IMG/VR virus record: IMGVR_UViG_3300027896_005002 | Location: 310,001 to 374,000 of that record | Reading direction: 5' to 3' (one strand) | DNA length: 64,000 nucleotides | Shown: piece by piece, positions 7,006 to 16,527 of the stretch | Numbering within the stretch: the stretch's first letter is position 1 | Layout: each line of letters starts with the position of its first letter | Translations under genes and position numbers: made by a program | Notes under the pieces: model-generated | Database searches by the model: none | The model's input: only the letters and a program-made list of their open reading frames with translations | Told to the model about the DNA's origin: nothing

Positions 7006-7083
7006 TCAGCGGGGGTGGCTTCGAACCACCGCACTCCTCCATGTTTTAGAGGTGCTCTGATAATCCAGCTGAGCTACCCGCCG
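7006..7083 (-). tRNA. tRNA-like gene with non-canonical anticodon loop (AAAACAT; nominal AAC), isotype undetermined
   Basis: CGGCGGG/CCCGCTG acceptor, A73, D stem GCTC/GAGC, stem CCTCT/GGAGG, T arm GGTGG-TTCGAAG-CCACC; A32/A33 instead of Y32/U33; no CCA. Confidence 0.75.
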
Positions 7084-7097
7084 TTATATTTTTATAT

Positions 7098-7268
7098 TCA
7101 ATAAAAAGTCGAAGATTGGTCTTTAATCTCAATTTTAGCTAATCTTCTAGCTCTTTTCTTTGACTTTCCATTGTGGTATTCTTTTTCCCACCAATTTACA
7201 TAGCCTTTTGGAGGATGATTATCGGGCATATTTGCAGGATGCTGAGGTTGTAGTCCATATTTTTTCAT
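7098..7268 (-). CDS. small basic hypothetical protein (56 aa, not in ORF track)
   Basis: MKKYGLQPQHPANMPDNHPPKGYVNWWEKEYHNGKSKKRARRLAKIEIKDQSSTFY; ATGA overlap with the upstream stop. Confidence 0.7.
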   Translation of the reverse strand: MKKYGLQPQHPANMPDNHPPKGYVNWWEKEYHNGKSKKRARRLAKIEIKDQSSTFY

Positions 7269-7537
7269 TTCATATCAATACGATTAAGAAATTTCATTGT
7301 ATTAGATCGAGGAGAATTTCGTCGTTCGTCAAAATTAAAAATTTGAGTTCTATCAGGACCTTCACCTTTATAAATAGTACAATGAACACTATTATATAAT
7401 TTAAGTAAATCATGTCTTACTTGTGTACGAAATTCTTTTATAGCAGTCACGTCATTTTCAAATTCTCGAACTGCATATTGAGATGGTGCAGTATTTTGAT
7501 CATTCATTTTTTCAATAACTAAAAAATATCTTATCAT
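7265..7537 (-). CDS. hypothetical protein
   Basis: 90-aa ORF tightly packed in the operon. Confidence 0.7.
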   Translation of the reverse strand: MIRYFLVIEKMNDQNTAPSQYAVREFENDVTAIKEFRTQVRHDLLKLYNSVHCTIYKGEGPDRTQIFNFDERRNSPRSNTMKFLNRIDMK

Positions 7538-7538
7538 A

Positions 7539-8339
7539 TCAACGATCCTTTTTTAAAAATGACTTTAAAGACTCATTGATATTATTCTCACAATCAACCC
7601 AATTACAATATTTACAATGATCACCTCTATTTTTCTCAAATTTATTATTTTCAATTGCATCAAACATCTTTTCTACTTCATTTGATACAATCATATAATC
7701 TTCATCTTTTACTACAATGTCTATAATCTTATTCTCTTTTTTAGATGGATGTACAAATCTTACTTTCTCTTCCACAAGACCATACCTTTTGTACAAGGCC
7801 CAACTATAAATTAATCCTTGCATTCTATATTTCTCTACATCATGTTTTCCTGTTTTCCAATCTAAAATATTGAGACATCCATGTGACTCAATAACTAAAT
7901 CCATGAACCCATGCATATTTATTTCAAATCTTTTATTATTATATGGTAATAAAAATTCTAATTCAATTCCTTTTTTGCCGTCATTAAAAAGATAAACTTC
8001 ATGTAACCAATCATGTTCTTTGGCCATTGCTACCCAGTTTTTGATCATTGTAAATCCAGTAGCTTTACTATATTTTAATTCTAATTGTTCTGCTTGTTGT
8101 TGTTTTGTTTCAATATCAAAAAATTTGGGCCAATTCTCAAATAATGTTTTAGTATTGCTAAATCTACCGGTATTATAAAATTTTTGAAGTAATTTATGAA
8201 GAGCCTGACCAAAAACTAGATGTACACTTGGTAATCTAATAACTTGACGTTTGTCTATTTTGTCTAGTTTGAAGGCCCAAGGACAGGTAGAAAAATTATT
8301 GATTGTAGAAGCAGATAAGTTAAAATGAAGTTTTTTCAT
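7539..8339 (-). CDS. PD-(D/E)XK nuclease, RecB/AddB/Cas4-like
   Basis: LSAS...CP, FGQALH, GFMDLV, ILDWKTGK, QGLIY, C-terminal CxxC...C. Confidence 0.88.
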   Translation of the reverse strand: MKKLHFNLSASTINNFSTCPWAFKLDKIDKRQVIRLPSVHLVFGQALHKLLQKFYNTGRFSNTKTLFENWPKFFDIETKQQQAEQLELKYSKATGFTMIKNWVAMAKEHDWLHEVYLFNDGKKGIELEFLLPYNNKRFEINMHGFMDLVIESHGCLNILDWKTGKHDVEKYRMQGLIYSWALYKRYGLVEEKVRFVHPSKKENKIIDIVVKDEDYMIVSNEVEKMFDAIENNKFEKNRGDHCKYCNWVDCENNINESLKSFLKKDR

Positions 8340-9616
8340 TTTTGTTTTGACTGTACATATTCAGTCAAATAACTTATTGCTTTTTCATGTTTTGCAGCGG
8401 TCTCACTAGCTTTATAGTTAACTTCTTTTTTCAGATTTGCAATAATTGACTTTTTCTCTTCTTCAGACTTTTGTAATTTTGTAGTTCTGTCTTGAATAAA
8501 AGCATCAACATCTTCTTTAGATGCAGTAATATTTCTTATATCACAAATATGATCTAAAAATATTTTTGATTCAAGAGTCTTTTCTACACGACGTTTTGTT
8601 TGAGCATAAAAAGTACTTTTTGCGTCTTTAAATTTTTTCAAATATTCTTCTTCACTTGTTGACATACGATACAGAAATTGATTCCATTCACCATCTAATT
8701 CTCGACCAATCATAACCTCGGGTAAAGGCTCAATTTCCGAACTACTAATACATGCAGCTATTATTCCAGATTCAAAATTATCCTGATCAATTTTTTCATA
8801 ATCTTTTATCAATTTATTTTTAATAGTAGCTTTGTACTCATCAATAGATTGTGAATTTGCAGTAGCAAGTTCTTCAATTGATTTTTTAATAGTAGCTTCT
8901 TTTTTATGAATTGTAGTTGTAAAATCCGCAAATTTGCCATTAAGATCTTTGTTATGATATTCTTGAGGAAATTGAACTTTAATTATACCACTAACACCTA
9001 TTTTCATTTGTAGTAATTGTTCTTCAAATCCAGGGATAAATTTTGTTTGACCTATGACGTATCTAAAATTTTTAGATGCACCGCCTTGGAATAATTTTCC
9101 ATCAATTCGTCCTTCATAGTCCATTGTTATGACATCATCAGTTTTTAAATTATATGAATCATCGACTACTGTATATGTTGTATCTTTACTTTGAATAGCG
9201 CTAACTTGTTGACTAACCATTTGATCAGTGATTTCAGTAACTTTCTTAGTAAAATTCACTTTGTCAATATCAAATGATAATACTTTTGGTTTCAAAAACA
9301 CAGTTGCTTGAATTGCTAAAGGTACTTTATCATCAAATTGTCCAAGGACTTCAAAATCATATGCGTCAACAACAGGTAATTGTTTTTCTTCAATAGCTTT
9401 TTGATAAAGAATTGTAAAAATATTTTGATATAGTTTAAATCTGTCAAGACGTTTTTCTGCTTCAGCTCGAGGCGCATGACCTTTTCTAAAACCAGGAATT
9501 TCAATATTGGATTTTACTTTGTCGTATTCTTGATCCATTAACTCTTTTACTACAGTTGCATCTGCAATAAATTTTAATTTATGCGGCGTTGCTTGTTTTG
9601 TCAGAGTTACTTGCAT
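8336..9616 (-). CDS. tig: trigger factor (ribosome-associated chaperone/PPIase)
   Basis: Signature IPGFRKGHAP, FKBP domain (DYEGRIDG..FQGG, FIPGFEEQL, VQFPQEYH), helical C-domain; ATG 9616 with GGAGG RBS. Confidence 0.93.
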   Translation of the reverse strand: MQVTLTKQATPHKLKFIADATVVKELMDQEYDKVKSNIEIPGFRKGHAPRAEAEKRLDRFKLYQNIFTILYQKAIEEKQLPVVDAYDFEVLGQFDDKVPLAIQATVFLKPKVLSFDIDKVNFTKKVTEITDQMVSQQVSAIQSKDTTYTVVDDSYNLKTDDVITMDYEGRIDGKLFQGGASKNFRYVIGQTKFIPGFEEQLLQMKIGVSGIIKVQFPQEYHNKDLNGKFADFTTTIHKKEATIKKSIEELATANSQSIDEYKATIKNKLIKDYEKIDQDNFESGIIAACISSSEIEPLPEVMIGRELDGEWNQFLYRMSTSEEEYLKKFKDAKSTFYAQTKRRVEKTLESKIFLDHICDIRNITASKEDVDAFIQDRTTKLQKSEEEKKSIIANLKKEVNYKASETAAKHEKAISYLTEYVQSKQK

Positions 9617-9764
9617 TTTTTCCTCCACATAAGAAATCAAATTTTGCTAATTTGTCATTTTTGTTATTATTGTTAACTGTTGGCTTCGTATAATTTACAT
9701 TTTTATCTTTTTTACACTTTTTAGCTATTTCAAACAATTCTGGAATTATAACAACTTTTTTCAT
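9579..9764 (-). CDS. hypothetical protein
   Basis: 61-aa ORF with ATGA coupling to the upstream gene. Confidence 0.5.
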   Translation of the reverse strand: MKKVVIIPELFEIAKKCKKDKNVNYTKPTVNNNNKNDKLAKFDFLCGGKNASNSDKTSNAA

Positions 9765-10417
9765 ATAATGCGTTTAAAGCTTAATACTTCATCTTTTAAG
9801 TTATATTTTACAGGTATAACATTTAATTTTGTTAATTCTTTAGCTACTTGATCAAGAAAACTATTAGCAATAACAACACCAATTATTTCATCCCAAATTT
9901 TCAAAATAAGATTCAACTTAAAATCGAGAATATATTTATCAATTTGTGACACAACACTATAACGTGCTTCATTCTTTTTTACTTCAATCAAATACATTGT
10001 AGTTTTATCTTTTACAACTATGTCGACAAAGCCGAATTGCGTAGGATGTTCTATATTATAAACAAAGAATTCATCAGAGGCATTAAATAGTTTTTTGAGT
10101 AAATGGATATTTGTTACGATATTTTTTACTAAATCTTTTTCTTTTTCAGCTCTGTCATCATCTTCTTTAGTTTTTTCAATTTTTTGACTATCTTTTTCAT
10201 AATTGAATGTTTTGACAACTAAGTTATTGTCAACAATATAACCTAATTGTTTTAAATGACTGAATTTGTCACCTAATATGTTAAAAGCTTTTGGATTGTT
10301 TTCAAAATCATCTCGTAACATGCTCAAATACATTTTTGCATTGTTACTTTCGCCAAGTAGAACAGAGTTGTATAAGTAGTAATATAAGACTTCAACTTCC
10401 GTCGTCGTTATCGGCAT
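9761..10417 (-). CDS. NucS-like PD-(D/E)XK endonuclease domain protein
   Basis: EHPTQFGFVDIVVKD...LIEVK...VVSQIDKY...GVVIA. Confidence 0.75.
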   Translation of the reverse strand: MPITTTEVEVLYYYLYNSVLLGESNNAKMYLSMLRDDFENNPKAFNILGDKFSHLKQLGYIVDNNLVVKTFNYEKDSQKIEKTKEDDDRAEKEKDLVKNIVTNIHLLKKLFNASDEFFVYNIEHPTQFGFVDIVVKDKTTMYLIEVKKNEARYSVVSQIDKYILDFKLNLILKIWDEIIGVVIANSFLDQVAKELTKLNVIPVKYNLKDEVLSFKRII

Positions 10418-10622
10418 TTAATACTTCCAACACTTCTTTTAAAATGTTATCAAAATTTTCATTAACAAATTTAAAAATTCGTTGAAAACACACTTTTTTA
10501 TAGCCCGCAATATCTTTCAAATAATGACCGACAGTAGCAGTTATTAAATCTTGAACCATATCTCTATCAAATAATTGTTGATTTTTTGATCTATAATCAG
10601 TTTGTTCCATCTTCTTCTTCAC
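10392..10622 (-). CDS. hypothetical protein
   Basis: 76-aa ORF in the operon; start may be the internal MEQTD. Confidence 0.6.
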   Translation of the reverse strand: MKKKMEQTDYRSKNQQLFDRDMVQDLITATVGHYLKDIAGYKKVCFQRIFKFVNENFDNILKEVLEVLNADNDDGS

Positions 10623-12018
10623 CTACAATCTGTGCCATCACATCTTGATTTTCATTAGATTCCGGATCATATTCTATTCTCATAACATCAAATTTTCTTT
10701 TTAAATACAATGTTGGTCCTTTACCATCTCTATATTTTATTATTGTCAATTTCAACCATTGCTGATCATCAGAAATAATACCTATCATTACATCACTATT
10801 TTGACCAAGCCTATCAGAACTAGCAGAATCCATAGCATCCATGTCTCTGCCTTGTAAATGTCTCTTGTGACCTTCTCTATTAATTTGGTTTGCAGTTATC
10901 ACAGGAACATCTAATTTTCGTCCTAATAATTTAAGGTCCCAAGAAATTTCACCTACAGGATCATCATCATTTCTTTGATTGGGTACCATTAAATAGATAG
11001 GATCAACAATTATTAAATTAAATTTCTTTTTTGTCGCCTTTTCATAAGTATTAATTCTACTTTCAATAAAATTAGCAGAACATTTTGATGGCGCATCTAA
11101 AATGACAAAATCACTTTCATATTGTGATTTAATTTCTTTAATTTTCTCTTCAAAAAATATTAATTCTTCTGATGATAAATGTTGAGAATTTTTGATTTTA
11201 AAATATTTAACACCTGTCATTCTAGAATATAATCGTCTCTTTTGCTGCTTTATTGGCATTTCAATTGAAACATATAAAACATTATTGCCTGCAATCCAAG
11301 CTGAATATGCAAAATTTAATAATACAATTGATTTTCCTTGACCTGTTCTACCAATAACAGTTATTAAATCACCTTTTTGCCAACCATTAGTTGCCAAAGT
11401 CAAGGGTTCTATTCCAGTGTCAATTCCTTTATATTTTTCAGGATTATTATGCATGTCTCTAATTTCATCAATATCTTTAGGAACATTTGCAAAAGCATCC
11501 TCCTGAATTATACGCTCTTTACTATTTTGAATATTAACTACTTCAATAGTGTTTTCTAATTTTTGTATTAATGGTACAGCACTTACACTTGCAGCACCTT
11601 CTTTTATAGCTTTTAATGTGTTTAAAACATCTGTTGTTGTATCAAATACTTTTCGTAATTGATGTAAGTTTTTAAGTTCATCAATTAAGGGTAATAATTC
11701 TTCTTGTTCAAAAGTTTTTTGTAAGATCTTCTCTAATAAGGCATTAGCATCTTCAATTGCTTGATCTTTTTTATATTTTTTAGTTATTTTCTGACGTAAT
11801 AAATCAACTGTTAAAGCAGCAGAATATGAAAAATAATGTTCTGTTATAGCAGTATATAACCAAGATCTAAAGTCAGATGTGAAGAAATCCGGAGAAACAT
11901 TACTATTTATAGTTAATTCAATATTTCTTATTACAAGTTCTTGCGATAAATTTTCATTATTTAAGAGACCTTTGAATAATTTATTTTCACTTCTTATAGA
12001 TACAAAAAGAGCCGACAT
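10597..12018 (-). CDS. dnaB: DnaB-like replicative helicase
   Basis: GDLITVIGRTGQGKS, VSIEM, IIVD, ANQINR, KYRDG. Confidence 0.93.
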   Translation of the reverse strand: MSALFVSIRSENKLFKGLLNNENLSQELVIRNIELTINSNVSPDFFTSDFRSWLYTAITEHYFSYSAALTVDLLRQKITKKYKKDQAIEDANALLEKILQKTFEQEELLPLIDELKNLHQLRKVFDTTTDVLNTLKAIKEGAASVSAVPLIQKLENTIEVVNIQNSKERIIQEDAFANVPKDIDEIRDMHNNPEKYKGIDTGIEPLTLATNGWQKGDLITVIGRTGQGKSIVLLNFAYSAWIAGNNVLYVSIEMPIKQQKRRLYSRMTGVKYFKIKNSQHLSSEELIFFEEKIKEIKSQYESDFVILDAPSKCSANFIESRINTYEKATKKKFNLIIVDPIYLMVPNQRNDDDPVGEISWDLKLLGRKLDVPVITANQINREGHKRHLQGRDMDAMDSASSDRLGQNSDVMIGIISDDQQWLKLTIIKYRDGKGPTLYLKRKFDVMRIEYDPESNENQDVMAQIVGEEEDGTN

Positions 12019-12750
12019 TTATTTACCTTTTTTCCCAATTTTTAATTGCTGTACTAATTCTTTTGATTTTTTCTCTCTAATGTCTTTTCCAACTACTTTC
12101 AATTCAATCAGATTTGACTTAAATAATGTAAGTAAAGATTCATTAATAGTATCAGATTCAGAATCAATTCCATATTTAGATGTTAAAATAGTTGTTTTCT
12201 TTTGATTGCTTCTTGTCACAAATAATTTATCTAAAAATTGTGTTGATTGATTATTATTCTGTGTATGATAATTTCTATCAATATCATCAACAACTAAAAA
12301 ATCGACATTTGTAACGATATATTGATACTTTAGTTTTAAATTAAAATCTTTCCATCCAGAAGTCACAAAATCAACTAAATCATTCATTGAAATAAAATAA
12401 GCAGTATACTTTAATTCAATTGCTTTTTTAAGTACAACAATTGCTGCTGTTGTTTTTGCTAAACCATACATCCCTGTTATAAACAATCCAGTTCCATTTC
12501 GAGCAGCCTTTTCAATATTATTATAATATAATGTAAAATTTTCAATGGCTTCATCATTAGCAATATCATTACTCCAAGTCTCTAATACGCTCTTGAATGT
12601 ATAGTTATAATAATTAGCCGGTATATTTGCAAGTATTAAATGCCGTTTAACCTCATTCTGTTCATCTTTTAACATGTATCTTGAACCATCTAATTCAGAC
12701 ATTTCATACATTCTAAAATAATGATCTAAAAATTTTCTCTTCTGGTTCAT
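12019..12750 (-). CDS. DnaC/IstB-like AAA+ helicase loader
   Basis: GLFITGMYGLAKT (Walker A variant), FLVVDD Walker B, TILTS, GKDIR; abuts dnaB. Confidence 0.82.
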   Translation of the reverse strand: MNQKRKFLDHYFRMYEMSELDGSRYMLKDEQNEVKRHLILANIPANYYNYTFKSVLETWSNDIANDEAIENFTLYYNNIEKAARNGTGLFITGMYGLAKTTAAIVVLKKAIELKYTAYFISMNDLVDFVTSGWKDFNLKLKYQYIVTNVDFLVVDDIDRNYHTQNNNQSTQFLDKLFVTRSNQKKTTILTSKYGIDSESDTINESLLTLFKSNLIELKVVGKDIREKKSKELVQQLKIGKKGK

Positions 12751-12828
12751 GATTAAATCATATACCTTTTCAAACTAAAATTTTAAACATAAAAAAGCCT
12801 TTACAAAAGGCCTTTTCAAAAATGACTT

Positions 12829-13716
12829 TTATTTTAACCATTCGTAGTTATGAAAAATTTCATCTTCTCTACTATCTTGTTTCAATATTTCTTCACCTTT
12901 ATGCCAAATAGATTTTAATTTATCAAATTGTTTACTTTCTAGTAATTTGGCATAAATTATACTTGATTCAATCTTGCCTAATGCTACCTTTATTGCAAAA
13001 TTTCTTTCACCATCATTTTTATTTTTTTCAACTTCTTTTATTGATACATCATCCGGTTCAAAATCATGTTCCATGTCCATTCCTTGGGCGATTCTCAGCA
13101 CATATTTAAATCCTCTTAAACCGGCAATTTTTTGGTCATTATTATACTTCTTACAAACCTCTTTAATAACACTATTTTTATATTTTATAAGACCAATTAA
13201 AAAAGTGCCTAATTTAGATAATGTAAAAGATTTTTCTCTCTCAATATGATATTGTTGTAATAATTGAACTGTTTTACACAGGCTTTTAAATAATCTATCA
13301 TCAATATCAACAAATATCTGTCGTATTTTTCTCTCAATAATATCATTGTCCAAATTAATTACATCAACATTATTTTCATGATTAATGCTAAAAATTGTTA
13401 CTCTTAATCTTCGCAACTTAATAGGTTGATTATCAAATAATAAATTGTCATTTTTAATCTTGTTACTATTTAAAATATAAATCGTTTTGTGTTTTTTCTC
13501 TTTTTTTATCACTAAATCATGTTGTACTAATTCATTAAAAACACTATTTGCAAACAATATAGTAGTTCCAATTGCTCGTTTTAATGCTCTATTACTAAGT
13601 ATTTTTACGTCTCTATCTGATGACTTACTCAAATATAGCATTTTTAATAAAACTTTAATAGCATCACTACTCAAATCATTGATATATTTTTCAAAAAATA
13701 CAGTCTCAATATTCAT
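12829..13716 (-). CDS. putative replication initiator-like protein (N-terminal winged HTH)
   Basis: LSSDAIKVLLKM...ALKRAIG...VFNELVQHDLV resembles a wHTH; position before loader and helicase. Confidence 0.5.
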   Translation of the reverse strand: MNIETVFFEKYINDLSSDAIKVLLKMLYLSKSSDRDVKILSNRALKRAIGTTILFANSVFNELVQHDLVIKKEKKHKTIYILNSNKIKNDNLLFDNQPIKLRRLRVTIFSINHENNVDVINLDNDIIERKIRQIFVDIDDRLFKSLCKTVQLLQQYHIEREKSFTLSKLGTFLIGLIKYKNSVIKEVCKKYNNDQKIAGLRGFKYVLRIAQGMDMEHDFEPDDVSIKEVEKNKNDGERNFAIKVALGKIESSIIYAKLLESKQFDKLKSIWHKGEEILKQDSREDEIFHNYEWLK

Positions 13717-13786
13717 ATTAATAAATATTTATTTTTTTACTAAATCAATTTACTTATACTTTGAAAACAATGGTGATTATTAAGCT

Positions 13787-14011
13787 ATGACAAGAATTGC
13801 AGCAATAAAAATACTAATTTGCCGTGGTTGTGCAATAAAAGTTCACGCAATTAACAAATTTGAATCATCAATAGTACAACTTACTACATATCCTGGTGAA
13901 CAAGGATGTTCTATATGCGGGCATACCGGCTTATTAAGTGAAGTAATAGTATATAAAGATCAATATTTGAAATATCGACAGCGACAGTTAACTAAACAAA
14001 TTGAACTTTGA
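13787..14011 (+). CDS. small putative Zn-binding protein
   Basis: CRGC...CSICG; divergent from the replication operon. Confidence 0.65.
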   Translation: MTRIAAIKILICRGCAIKVHAINKFESSIVQLTTYPGEQGCSICGHTGLLSEVIVYKDQYLKYRQRQLTKQIEL

Positions 14012-14039
14012 AGTTAATTACCATTAATCTCGTTCAGGA

Positions 14040-14255
14040 TTAAAGTGACTTAGCATATAAAGTAGCTAATCTATATGCAGATTCTTCAGCCTTTTTAGTA
14101 TTAATAAACATTCTTTTAGTCCACTGATGGAATTCATCATCAGTCGGACTAGGATACATTTTCAGATAATTAATGACCATATTGTCAATAAATCTATCTG
14201 GAAAAGTTCGAGCAATTTTTTTAAATTCAGATCGTATTTGAGCTAAATGTTTCAA
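14040..14255 (-). CDS. 71-aa protein with MKHLxxIQSEF-type N-terminal tag
   Basis: TTG start at 14255 with GAAAGG RBS gives MKHLAQIRSEFKKIARTF...; the longer track ORF overlaps the neighbour. Confidence 0.8.
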   Translation of the reverse strand: MKHLAQIRSEFKKIARTFPDRFIDNMVINYLKMYPSPTDDEFHQWTKRMFINTKKAEESAYRLATLYAKSL

Positions 14256-14298
14256 TATACATGCCTTTCTATATATTAAAACAGACATTATAAAGATA

Positions 14299-14805
14299 TT
14301 ATTTTTGTAAAGTGAATTTAGGTAAGTCTTCAGTATTTGAGGTCTTAAATGGATCTGAAAAATTGACTCCAGATCCACCTTCAGGATGTTTATCATGGGA
14401 TAATCTATGTCGAATGACTTCAAAAATATCATGAGCTATTTTTACCATCTCAGTCACATTGTTTGAACATATTGAATAAGATTGATTCGGCAACAAATCA
14501 AATAAAATTTTTCTTACTTTATTCAAACTATCTTCAACTTCTTGATCATATCCTTTTAATTTCGACGCAGGCATTGCTATATCTATAGCATTACTGAATT
14601 GAGTTAAACCCAATCTCATAAAAGCTTCTAGTGCGGCAACCATAGCACTTGCCTGATTTTCAGTTAACTCTAAAACATATTTGCCTCTTGATTGTACAAA
14701 TGGACATTCTTCAGCACCACGAATAAAAAACTCAGTTGGCACAGTGTAACCATATGGGCATTGATTTTTCATTTTATCATCCATCAATACTAATTCCTTC
14801 TCCAT
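14299..14805 (-). CDS. hypothetical protein
   Basis: 168-aa ORF directly downstream of rtcB; exact start uncertain. Confidence 0.7.
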   Translation of the reverse strand: MEKELVLMDDKMKNQCPYGYTVPTEFFIRGAEECPFVQSRGKYVLELTENQASAMVAALEAFMRLGLTQFSNAIDIAMPASKLKGYDQEVEDSLNKVRKILFDLLPNQSYSICSNNVTEMVKIAHDIFEVIRHRLSHDKHPEGGSGVNFSDPFKTSNTEDLPKFTLQK

Positions 14806-16117
14806 CTTTCATATTATGAATTGGTTTAATTTTATCCAAAATAATAGCTGTTGGCGCTATTGCTTCTTCAATTATTCTTGCGTCCTTATAAGCATTAGGA
14901 GCTTCATCCAAAGTGCTTCTACCAACGGATGTTGAAAATACAGCTGTCATCTGTTTTTTGAATTCATCTATATTAAGTTCTCTTTTAGCTTGTGATCGAC
15001 TCATCACACGCCCAGCTCCATGCGGTGCCGAAAAATTCCATTCAGGATTTGATTGACCTTCACAAAGTAAAATACCATCACGCATATTAAAAGGAATAAT
15101 CATCTTCTCATTTTTATATGATCGAATAGCACCTTTACGTATAATAAAATCATTAAAATCAATGAAATTATGTATGGTCTCAATCATTTCTAAAGGCGTT
15201 ACCTTTAAAATATCAGTGATGATATTCATCATGTATAAACGATTAGTATGAGCATATAATTGACAAAAAATCATATCAAACAAATATCCTGCCATGTCTT
15301 CATTTTCTAACCACATCAATTCTTCAGGACATTTAATTGTAGGTTGTTCACCTTTTTTTGCTTCCTGAATTTTATGATAAAGTTCATCACCTTTATATTG
15401 TTGACGTAATTCAATTATTTTATTTTGTATATCTTCTCTTGTCGTTTTCTTCAATTTCTTAATAGCTTTGTTTTGCCAATATTCACAAACCTTCTTACCA
15501 AAATTTCTTGAACCAGAATGTATTGTTATCCAAACATCACCTTTTGTTGACACTCCGGTTTCAATAAAATGATTACCACCGCCTAATGTTCCAACACTAT
15601 CAATAACTCTTTTAAAATTAGCTTCAAGAATTTTACATTTTTGAGTAAGCCAGTCAATATCATATTTTTCCAATTCATACGTAATACCCACACGACTATT
15701 AAAAGCAGCAAAAAATTTCTGTGCTAATACATTGGCATCATGCCATGGAAAATCATTTTTCATATGAATTACAGATCTTTCATGAACATTTTGCCCAAAT
15801 GGTACTCGCTGACGAATCTTTCGATCAAATTCATCTAATGATATATCTAACTTTTTCCCAATATTACAAGTCAACATACCGCATGATACATCAACACCAA
15901 CAACATTCGGCACAATTTTATCAGTTAATTCCATTGTAAATCCGATAACACTACCTTTACCTGCATGAGTATCAGGCATAATTGCTACAGGATTTGTAAA
16001 CACTGGATTATTGATAAATTGAGTGATTTGACCGACACAAGTTTCTTCAACATTGTCGATCATTATTTTTGCGTTTGTATATTTTCCATTCATTTGTATC
16101 ATATTTAATATAATCAT
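14777..16117 (-). CDS. rtcB: RtcB RNA 3'-phosphate/5'-OH ligase
   Basis: MPDTHAG, VGVDVSCG, GTLGGGNHF, IHSGSR, HNF, RKGAI, APHGAGR, LDEAPNAYK; start uncertain by a few codons. Confidence 0.96.
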   Translation of the reverse strand: MIILNMIQMNGKYTNAKIMIDNVEETCVGQITQFINNPVFTNPVAIMPDTHAGKGSVIGFTMELTDKIVPNVVGVDVSCGMLTCNIGKKLDISLDEFDRKIRQRVPFGQNVHERSVIHMKNDFPWHDANVLAQKFFAAFNSRVGITYELEKYDIDWLTQKCKILEANFKRVIDSVGTLGGGNHFIETGVSTKGDVWITIHSGSRNFGKKVCEYWQNKAIKKLKKTTREDIQNKIIELRQQYKGDELYHKIQEAKKGEQPTIKCPEELMWLENEDMAGYLFDMIFCQLYAHTNRLYMMNIITDILKVTPLEMIETIHNFIDFNDFIIRKGAIRSYKNEKMIIPFNMRDGILLCEGQSNPEWNFSAPHGAGRVMSRSQAKRELNIDEFKKQMTAVFSTSVGRSTLDEAPNAYKDARIIEEAIAPTAIILDKIKPIHNMKDGEGISIDG

Positions 16118-16156
16118 ATAATATGCATTGATATGAAGGAAAATTTAACTTATAGA

Positions 16157-16196
16157 AAATAAAAATGGTCGGCTTGGAATCTTCCTAGCCGACCAT
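16157..16196 (-). terminator. intrinsic terminator
   Basis: ATGGTCGGCT/AGCCGACCAT stem followed by a U-rich tract on the minus strand. Confidence 0.8.
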
Positions 16197-16527
16197 CCTC
16201 CAATTTTAAATTTAACTCTTTTACCAATTAAAATCTAAATTCTTTACCAATTAATCAATTTTTCTAATAACATCATTTTTTCTAATAATTGATTGGGATT
16301 TTCTCCACAATCCGCGCGCATCTAGTTTCATTGCTCAATGAGCTCCACTAGTTTGAAGGGTTTATTACAACGACCTTTTTGCGCAGACATATAAGTCTAA
16401 TAACATAACAAAATTAAATATAACATCATAAATATTAAATAAAAATAATTATTAGTTGTTACGACATTTTGTCCTCCAAGAAAAAGTTTCATATTATCTA
16501 TTTTCTAAAAATAAAAAGGATATTTAT

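Noticed and set aside
7539-8339. Cas4 as part of a CRISPR-Cas system
   Set aside because: No array or other cas genes; solo Cas4/RecB-like nucleases are common in phage replication regions.
14256-14432. 5' extension of track ORF 14040..14432, and similar extensions at 9640, 24138, 27104, 29040 and 41865
   Set aside because: They overlap neighbours or terminators, or lack an RBS; downstream starts have RBSs or restore conserved N-termini.
441-16117. Inteins in LigA, DnaB or RtcB
   Set aside because: Normal lengths and no intein splice-junction motifs.
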